Source of the DNA: Pseudomonas aeruginosa PAO1
GTDB lineage: Bacteria > Pseudomonadota > Gammaproteobacteria > Pseudomonadales > Pseudomonadaceae
DNA: 64,000 nt
Reading direction: 5' to 3' (one strand)
NCBI RefSeq assembly: GCF_000006765.1
Contig: NC_002516.2
The position numbers and the translations under genes were made by a program. A model generated the notes under the pieces. It was not told the origin of the DNA. It did not search any database and was given only the letters and a program-made list of their open reading frames with translations. Positions 43,999 to 53,676 of the stretch are shown one piece after another. The stretch's first letter is position 1. The number at the start of each line of letters is the position of its first letter.

Positions 43999-44391
43999 AT
44001 GAACGCCGCCGACCGCGTCATGCAGAGTTATGGACGCTGCTGTGCCAGCACCGGATTCTTCGATGATTTCTACCGGCATTTCCTTGCCAGTTCCCCGCAG
44101 ATTCGCGCCAAGTTCGCCACCACCGACATGACTGCGCAGAAACACCTGCTGCGTGCCGGAATCATGAACCTGGTGATGTACGCCCGCGGCATGTCCGACA
44201 GCAAGCTGCGCGCACTCGGCGCCAGCCATTCGCGCGCCGCGCTGGATATCCGCCCGGAACTCTACGACCTGTGGCTGGACGCCCTGCTGATGGCGGTCGC
44301 CGAGCACGACCGCGACTGCGACGCCGAGACCCGCGACGCCTGGCGCGACGTGATGGGTCGCGGCATCGCCGTGATCAAGTCGTACTACTGA
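43999..44391 (+). CDS. Single-domain globin-like protein
   Basis: FFDDFYRHFL (B helix), AKF (CD1), AQK (E7), GASHS (F8 His), IRPELYDLW. Confidence 0.8.
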   Translation: MNAADRVMQSYGRCCASTGFFDDFYRHFLASSPQIRAKFATTDMTAQKHLLRAGIMNLVMYARGMSDSKLRALGASHSRAALDIRPELYDLWLDALLMAVAEHDRDCDAETRDAWRDVMGRGIAVIKSYY

Positions 44392-44424
44392 TCGTTCCGC
44401 GCCCGCTGGACGACGCCCCTCTCG

Positions 44425-45051
44425 TCAGTCCAGCCGCGCCGGCACTTCCCGCCATTCCCCGAGGCCCAGGCCGTCCAGGCTCCAGGGGCCGATCCGCACC
44501 CGCACCAGCCGCAGCGTCGGCAAGCCCACCGCCGCCGTCATCCGCCGTACCTGGCGATTGCGCCCCTCGCGAATCACCAGTTCCAGCCAGTGGGTCGGCA
44601 CCGACTTGCGAAAACGCACCGGCGGCACCCGCTCCCACAACGTCGGCTCATCCAGCAGACGCGCCTCGGCGGGCAGCGTCGGGCCGTCGTTGAGCGTCAC
44701 GCCCTCGCGCAGGCGCCGCAATTGCTCCTCGTCCGGCGTGCCTTCGACCTGCACCCAGTAGGTCTTCGGCAGCTTGTGCCGGGGGTCGGCGATGCGCGCC
44801 TGCAGGCGACCGTCGTTGGTCAGCAGCAACAGGCCCTCGCTGTCGCGGTCCAGGCGCCCGGCCGGATACACGCCCGGCACCGGGATGAAGTCCTTGAGGG
44901 TCGAGCGCCCTTGCTCGTCGTTGAACTGGGTCAGTACGTCGAACGGCTTGTTGAACAGCAGCAGCTTCGGCTCGCTCGGCGGCGCCTTGGCCACCCGGCG
45001 TGGCGCAGGGCGGACGGGATGACGCGGGGAAGGACGCGGGGGACGGGACAT
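44425..45051 (-). CDS. rluE: 23S rRNA pseudouridine synthase (RsuA family, no S4 domain)
   Basis: [29 protein letters not shown] and [12 protein letters not shown] motifs. Confidence 0.88.
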   Translation of the reverse strand: MSRPPRPSPRHPVRPAPRRVAKAPPSEPKLLLFNKPFDVLTQFNDEQGRSTLKDFIPVPGVYPAGRLDRDSEGLLLLTNDGRLQARIADPRHKLPKTYWVQVEGTPDEEQLRRLREGVTLNDGPTLPAEARLLDEPTLWERVPPVRFRKSVPTHWLELVIREGRNRQVRRMTAAVGLPTLRLVRVRIGPWSLDGLGLGEWREVPARLD

Positions 45052-45132
45052 GACTGGAAACGAGTTGGCTTGATCGGGGTACCGGGCGGCATGCTAGGTT
45101 GTCCGAGAGCCTGACCGCAAGAGCATCCCCTC

Positions 45133-46218
45133 ATGCCCTCCCTGCGTCCCACCTGGCTGATCAGCCTGCTGACCCTGGCCGGCTGCGCTGGCAGCGCCTA
45201 TCAGGGTCCGCCTTCGGACCATTTCGACGGCGAACGTTTCCGCAATATCCAGCCGACCGCGCACAAGAGCCTGCGCGACCTGCTCAAGTGGCAGTGGAAC
45301 CGCCCGCCGCAACGCCCGTGGGTCGCCCTGCCGCCGACGGCAACGCCGCCAAGGGTGAACGAGCGCGCCCGCGGCGAAGAACTGCGGGTCACCTACATCA
45401 ACCACGCCACCCTGCTGATCCAGCACCGCGGCCTGAACATCCTCACCGACCCGGTCTGGTCGCAACGGGTCAGCCCGCTCGCCTTCATCGGCCCGAAGCG
45501 CCACCATCCGCCCGGGTTGACGCTCGACCAGTTGCCACCGATCGACCTGGTGCTAGTGAGCCACAACCACTACGACCACCTCGACCTGGAAACCCTGCGC
45601 CAGCTCCACCGGCGCTGGCCGACGGCCAAGGTGGTCAGCGGCCTGGGCAACGCCGGGCTGATCCGCCAGACAGGTTTCGCCGACGTCGTGGAGATCGACT
45701 GGTGGCAGGCCGTGCCGCTGGGCGCTGGCCTGACGCTGCATGGCGTACCGGTGCAGCACTGGTCGTCGCGCACCCGCAGCGACACCAACCGCACGCTCTG
45801 GCTCGGCTTCGTCATCGACTCGCCGGATGGCCCGCTGCTGTTTCCCGGCGATACCGGGCTCGGCCCGGAGTTCGGGCTGATCAACCAGCGCTTCGGGGCG
45901 ATGCGTTTCGCCGCCCTGCCGATCGGCGCCTACGAGCCGCGCTGGTTCATGCGCGACCACCACATGAATCCCGACGACGCGGTGCAGGCCCATCGCACGC
46001 TGCAGGCGCAGACCAGCATGGCCATCCACTTCGGTACCTTCAATCTCACCGACGAACAGCAGGACGACCCGCCCAAGGCGCTCCAGGCGGCACTGCGCAG
46101 CCAAGGCGTGGACCCGGCGACCTTCGGCACGCCGAAACCCGGCGAGCAGTGGCGCGTCGCACCGCGCAACGTCGCTCAGGAGGCCGAGGCCACCAGGCGG
46201 GAGCAGCAGTTGCGGTAG
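45133..46218 (+). CDS. MBL-fold metallo-hydrolase lipoprotein (RomA/NAPE-PLD-like)
   Basis: Lipobox LAGC; HATLL, LTDPVWS, SHNHYDHLD, GDTG and IHFGTF motifs. Confidence 0.9.
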   Translation: MPSLRPTWLISLLTLAGCAGSAYQGPPSDHFDGERFRNIQPTAHKSLRDLLKWQWNRPPQRPWVALPPTATPPRVNERARGEELRVTYINHATLLIQHRGLNILTDPVWSQRVSPLAFIGPKRHHPPGLTLDQLPPIDLVLVSHNHYDHLDLETLRQLHRRWPTAKVVSGLGNAGLIRQTGFADVVEIDWWQAVPLGAGLTLHGVPVQHWSSRTRSDTNRTLWLGFVIDSPDGPLLFPGDTGLGPEFGLINQRFGAMRFAALPIGAYEPRWFMRDHHMNPDDAVQAHRTLQAQTSMAIHFGTFNLTDEQQDDPPKALQAALRSQGVDPATFGTPKPGEQWRVAPRNVAQEAEATRREQQLR

Positions 46219-46742
46219 CGCTTGCCGCTGCCGCACGGACAAGCCTGGTCGCCACGGCCGCCCAGGGCCAGCCAGCTTTCCAGGCGCGCGGCCATCCCGG
46301 CCAGGCGCTCGCGGGCCTCGTCGTCCAGGCCGGCGCGGGCCAGTTGGCGCCGCAGGCCGAGATAGTCTTCCAGCAGGACATCGCGGCTGAGCGCCTGGTA
46401 CTGGTCGGCCAGCGGCACGCCTTCGTAGCGCCGCTGCGGGTCGGCCAGGAAAGCGATGGCGCCCGCCTGCGGCAGGACATTCCACAGGTTGCCGCGCGGA
46501 TCGCGCCAGCAAGCGCTGAAACGCGCGCGCAGGGCCAAGCCACGCCATTCTTCCAGGATCCAGCCATCGACCCGCTCGCCGCCGAGGGCCTCGACCGCCC
46601 GCCCGACCGAGAACCACGGTTCGCCGGCCAGGCTTTCCGGCATCGGCAACGGCGCTGCCACTTCCGGCGCGGCATCGGGCACCAGGCGGCGGGCGAAGCG
46701 ACGGAGCGGGTTGCTGAGATGAGTGGGGACGCTGAACGGCAT
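46176..46742 (-). CDS. SEC-C motif protein
   Basis: C-terminal CPCGSGKRYRNCC; overlaps the MBL gene 3' end by 43 nt; start uncertain. Confidence 0.7.
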   Translation of the reverse strand: MPFSVPTHLSNPLRRFARRLVPDAAPEVAAPLPMPESLAGEPWFSVGRAVEALGGERVDGWILEEWRGLALRARFSACWRDPRGNLWNVLPQAGAIAFLADPQRRYEGVPLADQYQALSRDVLLEDYLGLRRQLARAGLDDEARERLAGMAARLESWLALGGRGDQACPCGSGKRYRNCCSRLVASAS

Positions 46743-46856
46743 GGGGCTCACATCGATGGCAGGCGTGGTCGTTCCGACCGGCAGAGGGCGCCGCGGTTCC
46801 ACGCAGGGCGAAGGGCCATCATTGTAGGGCCTCGGCGCCGCAAGGCGTAGAAGCCG

Positions 46857-46884
46857 GCCGCGGTTTCCGCACGGAAACCGCGGC
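46857..46884. terminator. 13-bp stem-loop downstream of amn
   Basis: GCCGCGGTTTCCG-ca-CGGAAACCGCGGC; no clear U-tract. Confidence 0.45.
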
Positions 46885-46892
46885 GCGTCCGA

Positions 46893-48368
46893 TCAACGGA
46901 ACGGCGGCTCGTCGAAACTCCGCAGCTTGCGCGAGTGCAGCGAGTTGAGCTGGCTGCGCAACAGGTCGAGGGCGGCGATGCCGATCCGCAGGTGCTGGTT
47001 CACCGCGCGCTCGTAGAAGGCGTTGGCCGAGCCGGGCAGCTTGATCTCGCTGTGCAGCGGCTTGTCCGAGACGCACAGCAACGTGCCGTAGGGCACCCGC
47101 AGGCGGTAGCCCTGGGCGGCGATGGTGCCGCTCTCCATGTCCACCGCGATGGCCCGCGCCAGGTTGATCAGTGGCCGCTCCTGGGCCCAGCGCAGCTCCC
47201 AGTTGCGGTCGTCGTAGGTGAGCACGGTGCCGGTGCGCAAGCGTCGCTTGAGCGACTCGCCGCGCTCGCCGGTGACTTCGGCGGCGGCTTCCTGCAAGGC
47301 GACCTGGACTTCGGCCAGCGCCGGGATCGGGATGTGCGGCGGCAGCGCGCGGTCGAGGATGCCGTCGCGGCGCATGTAGGCGTGCGCCAGTACGTAGTCG
47401 CCGATGGTCTGCGACTGCCGCAGGCCGCCGCAGTGGCCGATCATCAGCCAGCAATGCGGACGCAACACCGCCAGGTGGTCGGTGATGTTCTTCGCGTTGG
47501 ACGGGCCGACCCCGATGTTGACCAGGGTGATGCCGTCGCCATCGGCGGCGATCAGGTGGTAGGCCGGCATCTGGTAGCGGTGCCAGACCACCCCGGCGAC
47601 GATGGCGTTGGCCTCGCCTTCGTCCATCCCGCGTTCGATGATCACGTTGCCCGGCAGGACCATGCGCACGAAGCGCGGGTCCTCGCGCAGGCGGGTCAGG
47701 CCGAGGCGGATGAACTGGTCGACGTAGCGGTGGTAGTTGGTCAGCAGGATCCACGGCTGCACGTGGCGCCAGTCGCTGCCGGTGTAGTGCACCAGGCGGC
47801 GCAGGGAGAAGTCCACCCGCGCGGCGTCGAACAGCGCCAGCGGCAACTGGTCGGCGCGTTCCCATTCGTAGAGGCCGTCGGCGATGTCGTCGGAAGCGGC
47901 GGACAGGTCGGTGCTGGGGAACACCCGCGCCAGCTCGGCGGCGGTCACCCCGGAGCCGGCCAGCTCGTCGCCCTGCTCGACCACGTAGGGATAGGGGATG
48001 TCCTGTTGGCTCGGGCCGACCTGCACCTGCACGGTGAAATCGTCCATCAGCGGACGCAACTGTTCCAGCAGGTACTTGCGGAAGGCGTCGGGGTGGGTGA
48101 CGGTGACGCTGTATTCGCCCGGCACCTGGACCTTGGCGTAGGCGCGGGTGGTGGACGGCACCTCGCCCTGGCAGCGGTAGCCGATGCGCAGTTGCGGGTA
48201 GTGGAAGTTCTGCCGCTCGGCCTCGCTCGGCTCGATGCGCTCCTTGATGTAGCGCTTGAGCGCCTGGCTCAGCGCCGCGGTGGCCTGGCGGTGCAGCTCG
48301 GCAAGACGGTCGACGGCCTCCTCGGCCGTGCGGGCGACGACGAACCCGTCGTCGGAATCGATACTCAT
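46893..48368 (-). CDS. amn: AMP nucleosidase (alternative start 48392)
   Basis: ILLTNYHRY, QMPAYHL, NIGVGPSNAKNITDHLAVLRP, AIAVDMES and LRSFDEPPFR motifs. Confidence 0.96.
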   Translation of the reverse strand: MSIDSDDGFVVARTAEEAVDRLAELHRQATAALSQALKRYIKERIEPSEAERQNFHYPQLRIGYRCQGEVPSTTRAYAKVQVPGEYSVTVTHPDAFRKYLLEQLRPLMDDFTVQVQVGPSQQDIPYPYVVEQGDELAGSGVTAAELARVFPSTDLSAASDDIADGLYEWERADQLPLALFDAARVDFSLRRLVHYTGSDWRHVQPWILLTNYHRYVDQFIRLGLTRLREDPRFVRMVLPGNVIIERGMDEGEANAIVAGVVWHRYQMPAYHLIAADGDGITLVNIGVGPSNAKNITDHLAVLRPHCWLMIGHCGGLRQSQTIGDYVLAHAYMRRDGILDRALPPHIPIPALAEVQVALQEAAAEVTGERGESLKRRLRTGTVLTYDDRNWELRWAQERPLINLARAIAVDMESGTIAAQGYRLRVPYGTLLCVSDKPLHSEIKLPGSANAFYERAVNQHLRIGIAALDLLRSQLNSLHSRKLRSFDEPPFR

Positions 48369-48446
48369 GGTGGGCTTCCTGTCGGTTCGCATGGAAAACA
48401 TCTTGCCTGTACCGACAGGAAAACACAGCGCTTTTCTCCCGTTACC

Positions 48447-48878
48447 TCATTCGGCCAGCGCCACCACCGCCATGGTCACGGTGGCCTTGCTGAACAGGTG
48501 CCGCCGACCGTCCCGCTCGGCGAACACCTCGGCCTCGACCACCGTCACCTGGCGCCCGGCCTTGAGCACCTCGGCGCGACACAACAGGCGCTGGCAAAGC
48601 GCCGGGCGCAACAGGTTGAGCTTGAACTCCAGGGTCAGCACCGTCTGCCCCTCCTCCACCAGGGTCGCGGCGGCGGCCCCGGCGGCATGGTCGGCCAGGG
48701 TCGCCTGGACCCCGGCATGGATGAAGCCGTTCTGCTGGGCGTGGCGGGGCAGGATGTCCAGCCCCGCTTCGACCCAACCCGGCCCGCAGTCCAGCGGACG
48801 GATGCCGAGGTCGCCGACGAAACTGGCCGCGGCGAAGCCCTGCTCGACCAGCTCCCGGTAGCGCGGATGCGCCTGCAT
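48447..48878 (-). CDS. PaaI-family thioesterase
   Basis: QQNGFIHAGVQATLADHAAG and LEFKLNLLRP motifs. Confidence 0.9.
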   Translation of the reverse strand: MQAHPRYRELVEQGFAAASFVGDLGIRPLDCGPGWVEAGLDILPRHAQQNGFIHAGVQATLADHAAGAAAATLVEEGQTVLTLEFKLNLLRPALCQRLLCRAEVLKAGRQVTVVEAEVFAERDGRRHLFSKATVTMAVVALAE

Positions 48879-48889
48879 CGCGACGCGCC

Positions 48890-50539
48890 TCAGGTCAGGT
48901 GCGGGGTGGCGCGAGCCAACAGCGCCTCGACCTCGACGCCGCGCGGGAGGGTGCCGTAGACACGCCCGCCGTCCCCCAGGCGACTGCCGATGAAGGCGTC
49001 GGACACCGCGGAGTTGCCGGCTTCCAGCAACAGCTTGGCCTGCAGGGCGATCGCCACGTCCTCGGTGAGCTGGCGGGCGCGGTACTGGATGTCGGCGGTG
49101 TCGGCGAAGGCCGCCTTGAGGTTGCCGATGTGCGCGGCGAGACGGGCGTCGCCATGGCCGTCGCCCAGTTCGGCGAACAACGCGTCGAGCACCCCCGGCT
49201 CCTTCGACAGGGCACGCAGCACGTCCAGGCACTGCACGTTGCCGGAACCTTCCCAGATCGAGTTCACCGGGGCCTCGCGGTACAGCCGCGGCAGGATGGT
49301 TTCCTCGACGTAGCCGGCACCGCCCATGCATTCGGAGGCTTCGTTGATCATCGCCGGGGCACGCTTGCAGATCCAGTACTTGCCCACCGCGGTGACCAGG
49401 CGGGCGAACTTCTCCTCCTGCTCGTCGTGGGCACGGTCCAGGGCATGCCCCATGCGCAGGGTCAGGGCCAGCGCCGCCTCGCTTTCCAGGGCCAGGTCGG
49501 CGAGCACGTTCTGCATCAGCGGTTGCTCGGCCAGCACCCGCCCGCCGACCTTGCGGTAGGCACAGTGGTGGGCGGCCTGGGTCAACGCCTGACGCATCAG
49601 TGCGCTGGAGCCGATCATGCAGTCGAAGCGGGTCATGGCGACCATCTCGATGATGGTCGGCACGCCACGGCCCTCCTCGCCGACCATCCAGGCCAGGGCG
49701 CCGCGATACTCGATTTCGCTGGAGGCGTTCGACCAGTTGCCCAGCTTGTCCTTCAGGCGCTGGATGTAGAACTGGTTGCGGCTGCCGTCCGGCCGGTGGC
49801 GCGGCAGCAGGAAGCAGGTCAGGCCCTTGTCGGTGTAGGCCAGGGTGAGGAAGGCGTCGCACATCGGCGCCGAGCAGAACCACTTGTGCCCGACCAGTTC
49901 GTAGGCCTGCCCCGGCCCGGGAATCCCCACCGGGTAGGCCCGCGTGGTATTGGCCCGGACGTCGGTGCCGCCCTGCTTCTCGGTCATCGCCATGCCGATG
50001 GTGACGCCCGCCTTCTGCTCCATCGGCACGTTGCGCGGGTCGTACTCGCGGGAGAGGATCTTCGGCAGCCATTTCTCGGCCAGGTCCGCCTGCAGGCGAA
50101 TCGCCGGCACGCTGGCGTAGGTCATGGTCAACGGGCAACCGGTGCCGGCCTCCGCCTGGCTGTGCAGGTAGGACAGCCCGGCCCGCGCCACCTGGGCGCC
50201 GGGGCGCGGGTCGGTCCAGGGCAGCGAGGGCAGTTCGTGCTCGATGGCGGCGCGCATCAGCTCGTGGTAGGCGGGATGGAACTCCACCAGGTCGACGCGG
50301 TTGCCGTAGCGGTCGTGGCTATGGAACTCCGGCTTGTGCTGGTTGGCCAGGAAGCCGGCCGCCATCAGCGGGCCGCCGGCCAGCTCACCGTAGCGCTGCA
50401 GGCGCTCCTCGGCCCAGCCGCCCTGGTAGCGACGCACCCACTCCTGGAGAGGCAGATCGAGGCGGTAGAGGTTGGCGCCATCCAGCGACGGTACCTGGTT
50501 GGTCACTTCGTGGGTTTCGGCGTACTGGTGCAGGTTCAT
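48890..50539 (-). CDS. Acyl-CoA dehydrogenase, AidB-like
   Basis: EVTNQVP, GMAMTEKQGGTDV, GHKWFCSAP and APVNSIWEGSGNVQCLD motifs. Confidence 0.92.
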   Translation of the reverse strand: MNLHQYAETHEVTNQVPSLDGANLYRLDLPLQEWVRRYQGGWAEERLQRYGELAGGPLMAAGFLANQHKPEFHSHDRYGNRVDLVEFHPAYHELMRAAIEHELPSLPWTDPRPGAQVARAGLSYLHSQAEAGTGCPLTMTYASVPAIRLQADLAEKWLPKILSREYDPRNVPMEQKAGVTIGMAMTEKQGGTDVRANTTRAYPVGIPGPGQAYELVGHKWFCSAPMCDAFLTLAYTDKGLTCFLLPRHRPDGSRNQFYIQRLKDKLGNWSNASSEIEYRGALAWMVGEEGRGVPTIIEMVAMTRFDCMIGSSALMRQALTQAAHHCAYRKVGGRVLAEQPLMQNVLADLALESEAALALTLRMGHALDRAHDEQEEKFARLVTAVGKYWICKRAPAMINEASECMGGAGYVEETILPRLYREAPVNSIWEGSGNVQCLDVLRALSKEPGVLDALFAELGDGHGDARLAAHIGNLKAAFADTADIQYRARQLTEDVAIALQAKLLLEAGNSAVSDAFIGSRLGDGGRVYGTLPRGVEVEALLARATPHLT

Positions 50540-51183
50540 GAGGGTTCCTCGCAGACAGGCGCGCCCACCGCGCGCAGGCAGAAGTTCACCAGAGCCGTAC
50601 TCACCGGCTCCAGACTCGGTTCCGGCTGGCCGCTGTCGCGAGCGGCGCGCGCCGGGGGAGACAAGGGGCCGACCAGCGCCTCGGCGATGGCCCCGACCAG
50701 GCAGGCCGCGGCAAGCGGCACCAGGGAAAGCTGGAATGCGCCACTGCGCCGGCCCTCCTCGAGCAGTTCGACGAACAGTGCGGCGTAGGCCTCGCGATAG
50801 CGCAGGCGCTGCTCGTCGACTTCAGGATCCACCGGCTCGGCGATCAGGGCGAAGGCCAGCCGCTGGCTGCTCCAGGCGCGCGCGGCAAAGCGCCGCAAGC
50901 CCTCGGCCAGGCGCCAGGCGGGCGCGCCGGGACCGCGCAGGACCACGGCCAGGGCATCGACCTCACGCTGGCTGGCGCGGCGGAAGATTTCCGCCGCCAG
51001 CTCGCCCTTGCCCCGGAAGTGGCGGTACAGGCTGCCGGTGGCAATCCCCGCGTCGTCGGCCAGGGCCTGCATGGTCAGCGCGGCGAAACCGCCCTCCACG
51101 ACACGCCGCAGGCCTAGCTGGAGGATGCGCTCGCGCAGCGCGGAATCGCGTTGCAGGCGGCGTTCGGTGACACGATAGACCAT
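50536..51183 (-). CDS. TetR-family regulator
   Basis: HTH LTMQALADDAGIATGSLYRHF; 4-nt overlap with the downstream gene. Confidence 0.93.
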   Translation of the reverse strand: MVYRVTERRLQRDSALRERILQLGLRRVVEGGFAALTMQALADDAGIATGSLYRHFRGKGELAAEIFRRASQREVDALAVVLRGPGAPAWRLAEGLRRFAARAWSSQRLAFALIAEPVDPEVDEQRLRYREAYAALFVELLEEGRRSGAFQLSLVPLAAACLVGAIAEALVGPLSPPARAARDSGQPEPSLEPVSTALVNFCLRAVGAPVCEEPS

Positions 51184-51186
51184 GAC

Positions 51187-51225
51187 TGAATCCGGATTCA
51201 CTTTTTCCCAGTGAATCACGCTTCA
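51187..51225. promoter_or_regulatory. Paired TGAA-N6-TTCA operators (probable TetR autorepression)
   Basis: Perfect palindrome TGAATCCGGATTCA at 51187-51200 and near copy TGAATCACGCTTCA at 51212-51225, immediately upstream of the ATG. Confidence 0.7.
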
Positions 51226-51288
51226 GGCTTTGCCTAAAGAGACATACAGGTCGCGCAGGCCGGCATTTCAGCCAGCCGCGGAACGGCT

Positions 51289-53676
51289 TCAGGCGGACTT
51301 GGTGACGATCGGCTGGCACAGCAGCCAATCGTGCAGCAGGGTCTGCAACTCTTCGAACTTGACCGGCTTGGCCATGTAGTCGCTCATGCCCGCCGCCAGG
51401 CAGCGCTCGCGATCGCCGCTGTGGCTGTGGGCGGTCAACGCCAGCACCGGCAGTTCCGCGCAGCCGGGCAGCGCGCGGATCGCCCGACAGGTGGCGAAGC
51501 CGTCCATCACCGGCATCTGGCAGTCGAGCAGTACGCCGTCCGGCCGCTCGCGCGCCAGCAACTCCAGGGCCTCGCTGCCGTTGTCGGCGGTGCGCACCCG
51601 GTAGCCGAGCTTGAGCAGCATGCCGCGAGTCACCAACTGGTTGATGGCGTTGTCCTCCACCACCAGCACCGTGCACTCCTCGGGACGCCGCACCGCCTGC
51701 CCGCCGGCGCGCCGCGGCGGCGGCGCCAGGCCCTGGGCCGGCTGGGTCAGTTGCAGGCGCAGGAGGAAGCGGCTGCCCTGCCCCGGCCGGGACTCGTGGG
51801 TCAGCTCGCCGCCAAGCAGTTCCACCAGCTTGCGGCACAGCGCCAGGCCGATGCCGAGGCCTCCGTAGCCACGGGTCAACGAGCTGTCGGCCTGGACGAA
51901 ACGCTGGTAGAGGTCGCTGCCGGCGGCCATGTCGAAACCGATGCCGGTGTCGATCACTTCCACCCGCAGCGCCACCCCGTCATGGGTACGCCCGGCGGCG
52001 ACGCGCAGGGTCACGCTGCCCCTGGCGGTGAACTTGATCGCGTTGTCGACCAGGTAGCCCAGCGCCTGGGCCAGCTTGCCGGCATCACCTTCGAGGGTGT
52101 CCGGCAGGCTGTCGTCCAGTTGCAGGGCGAAGCGCAGGCCCTTCTCCTCGACGCGCGGCGCGTACTGCGCGCGCAGGCTGTCGAACAGGCCGCGCAGGCT
52201 GAACGGCTCGCGGCGCGGGTAGAGCTTGCCGGCCTGCAGTTCGATGAGGGCGAGGATGTCGTTGACCATCCGCATCATGTCCCGCGCCGAACCGGCGGCG
52301 GTGCGCTGGTACTCGGCGAGTTCGACGTCCATCGGCACCGTCTGCATCAGCTCCAGCGAACCGATCACCCCGCTCATCGGGGTGCGCAGTTCGTGGGTGA
52401 CGGTGGCGAGGAACTCGTCCTTCAGGCGGTTGCTGTTGGCCAGTTCCTGGTTCAGCGCTTCCAGCTTGCGGCTGGACTCCTGGAGGATTCGCGCGCGCTC
52501 CTCCTTCATTGCGTTGATCCGGTCGGCCAGTGCCAGCGACAGCAAGCCCACCTCCAGCGCCGAACCGATCTGGCTGGCATACATGGTGAGGAACATGTTC
52601 GGCAGGTAGCCGAGGACCATCAGGGTGTTGACGATGCCGCCGAGAAGGAAGGCGGTCCAGGCGATGATGAAATAGCGCGCCACGCGCATGCCGCGCAGCC
52701 AGGCGAGGATGCCGGCGGCGAAGATCAGGCCGGTGAAGGCCAGCGCCAGGTAGGTGGCCAGGCGCAGGGCCACGGCGTAGCTCATGGTCAGCGCCATCAG
52801 CATGACCAGCGCGCCGACCGCCATCAGCGCCAGCAGGCCGCGGTCGACCCACACGCTGTGGTCGCGGGTATGCAGGAAGCTGCGCGCGAACTGGCAGCCG
52901 AACAGCGCCGCCGAACCGATCAGGAATGGCGTGGCGGCGTTCGCCCACCAGGGGCTGTCGGGCCAGAAGTACTCGATGCCGGCGCCGTTCACCGAGACCT
53001 GGTAGAGCCCGAACGAAGCGATATAGAGGATGTAGTAGAGATAGCTGGTATCGCGGACGCTGAGGAAGATGAACAGGTTGTAGATCAGCATCACCAGCAG
53101 CACGCCATAGATGATGCCGAGCACATAGATGCGTTCGGGCTGCTCCTCCAGGTAGGCCTTGGGCGACCACAGGGTCAGCGGCGCCTGGATCGACCCCTGG
53201 CTTTCCAGCCGCAGGTAGACACGCTGCGGCTTGTTCGGCTCGAGGCCGAGTTCGAACAGGTAGTTGTTCTGCCGGATCGGCCGACTGGCGAACGGCAATG
53301 TGTCGCCGGTGCGCTGGGCGAGGCGGTAGCCGCCCTGGCCATCGGGCAGGTAGAGGTCGAGCTTGTCCAGCGGCGGATAGGCCAGCTCCAGCAGCCAGGT
53401 GCGCGGATCGCTGGAGGCGACCGGCCGGTAGTCCAGGTCCAGGCGCAACCAGAACACCGAGCGCGAATAGCCGGCATTGAGCACGTCCTTGTCATGGCGG
53501 CGGAAGCTGCTGTCGATGGCCCGCGAGGTGATGTCGTTGATATCGGCGCTACCGCGCACGTCCTCGAACACGTCGATGGACTGCCCCAGCGGCAGGCGCT
53601 CGACCTGCTCGTTGAAGCTCACCGCACCCGCCAGGCACGGCAACGCAAGAAGAAAGAGAATCAGCCAGTGCCGCAT
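51289..53676 (-). CDS. ladS: Hybrid sensor kinase LadS (7TM-DISMED2, 7TM, HisKA/HATPase, REC)
   Basis: 795 aa, intact; GYSRSVFWLRL, FLATVTHELRTP, GLGIGL and VEDNAIN..DCQMP motifs. Confidence 0.95.
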   Translation of the reverse strand: MRHWLILFLLALPCLAGAVSFNEQVERLPLGQSIDVFEDVRGSADINDITSRAIDSSFRRHDKDVLNAGYSRSVFWLRLDLDYRPVASSDPRTWLLELAYPPLDKLDLYLPDGQGGYRLAQRTGDTLPFASRPIRQNNYLFELGLEPNKPQRVYLRLESQGSIQAPLTLWSPKAYLEEQPERIYVLGIIYGVLLVMLIYNLFIFLSVRDTSYLYYILYIASFGLYQVSVNGAGIEYFWPDSPWWANAATPFLIGSAALFGCQFARSFLHTRDHSVWVDRGLLALMAVGALVMLMALTMSYAVALRLATYLALAFTGLIFAAGILAWLRGMRVARYFIIAWTAFLLGGIVNTLMVLGYLPNMFLTMYASQIGSALEVGLLSLALADRINAMKEERARILQESSRKLEALNQELANSNRLKDEFLATVTHELRTPMSGVIGSLELMQTVPMDVELAEYQRTAAGSARDMMRMVNDILALIELQAGKLYPRREPFSLRGLFDSLRAQYAPRVEEKGLRFALQLDDSLPDTLEGDAGKLAQALGYLVDNAIKFTARGSVTLRVAAGRTHDGVALRVEVIDTGIGFDMAAGSDLYQRFVQADSSLTRGYGGLGIGLALCRKLVELLGGELTHESRPGQGSRFLLRLQLTQPAQGLAPPPRRAGGQAVRRPEECTVLVVEDNAINQLVTRGMLLKLGYRVRTADNGSEALELLARERPDGVLLDCQMPVMDGFATCRAIRALPGCAELPVLALTAHSHSGDRERCLAAGMSDYMAKPVKFEELQTLLHDWLLCQPIVTKSA

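Noticed and set aside
48879-50138. 563-aa ORF ending in the PaaI domain; likewise long extensions of ORFs 18204-20279, 19802-21148, 30802-31992, 32071-33984 and 36450-37784
   Set aside because: Upstream parts are off-frame readings of neighbouring genes; only the C-terminal parts are real CDSs.
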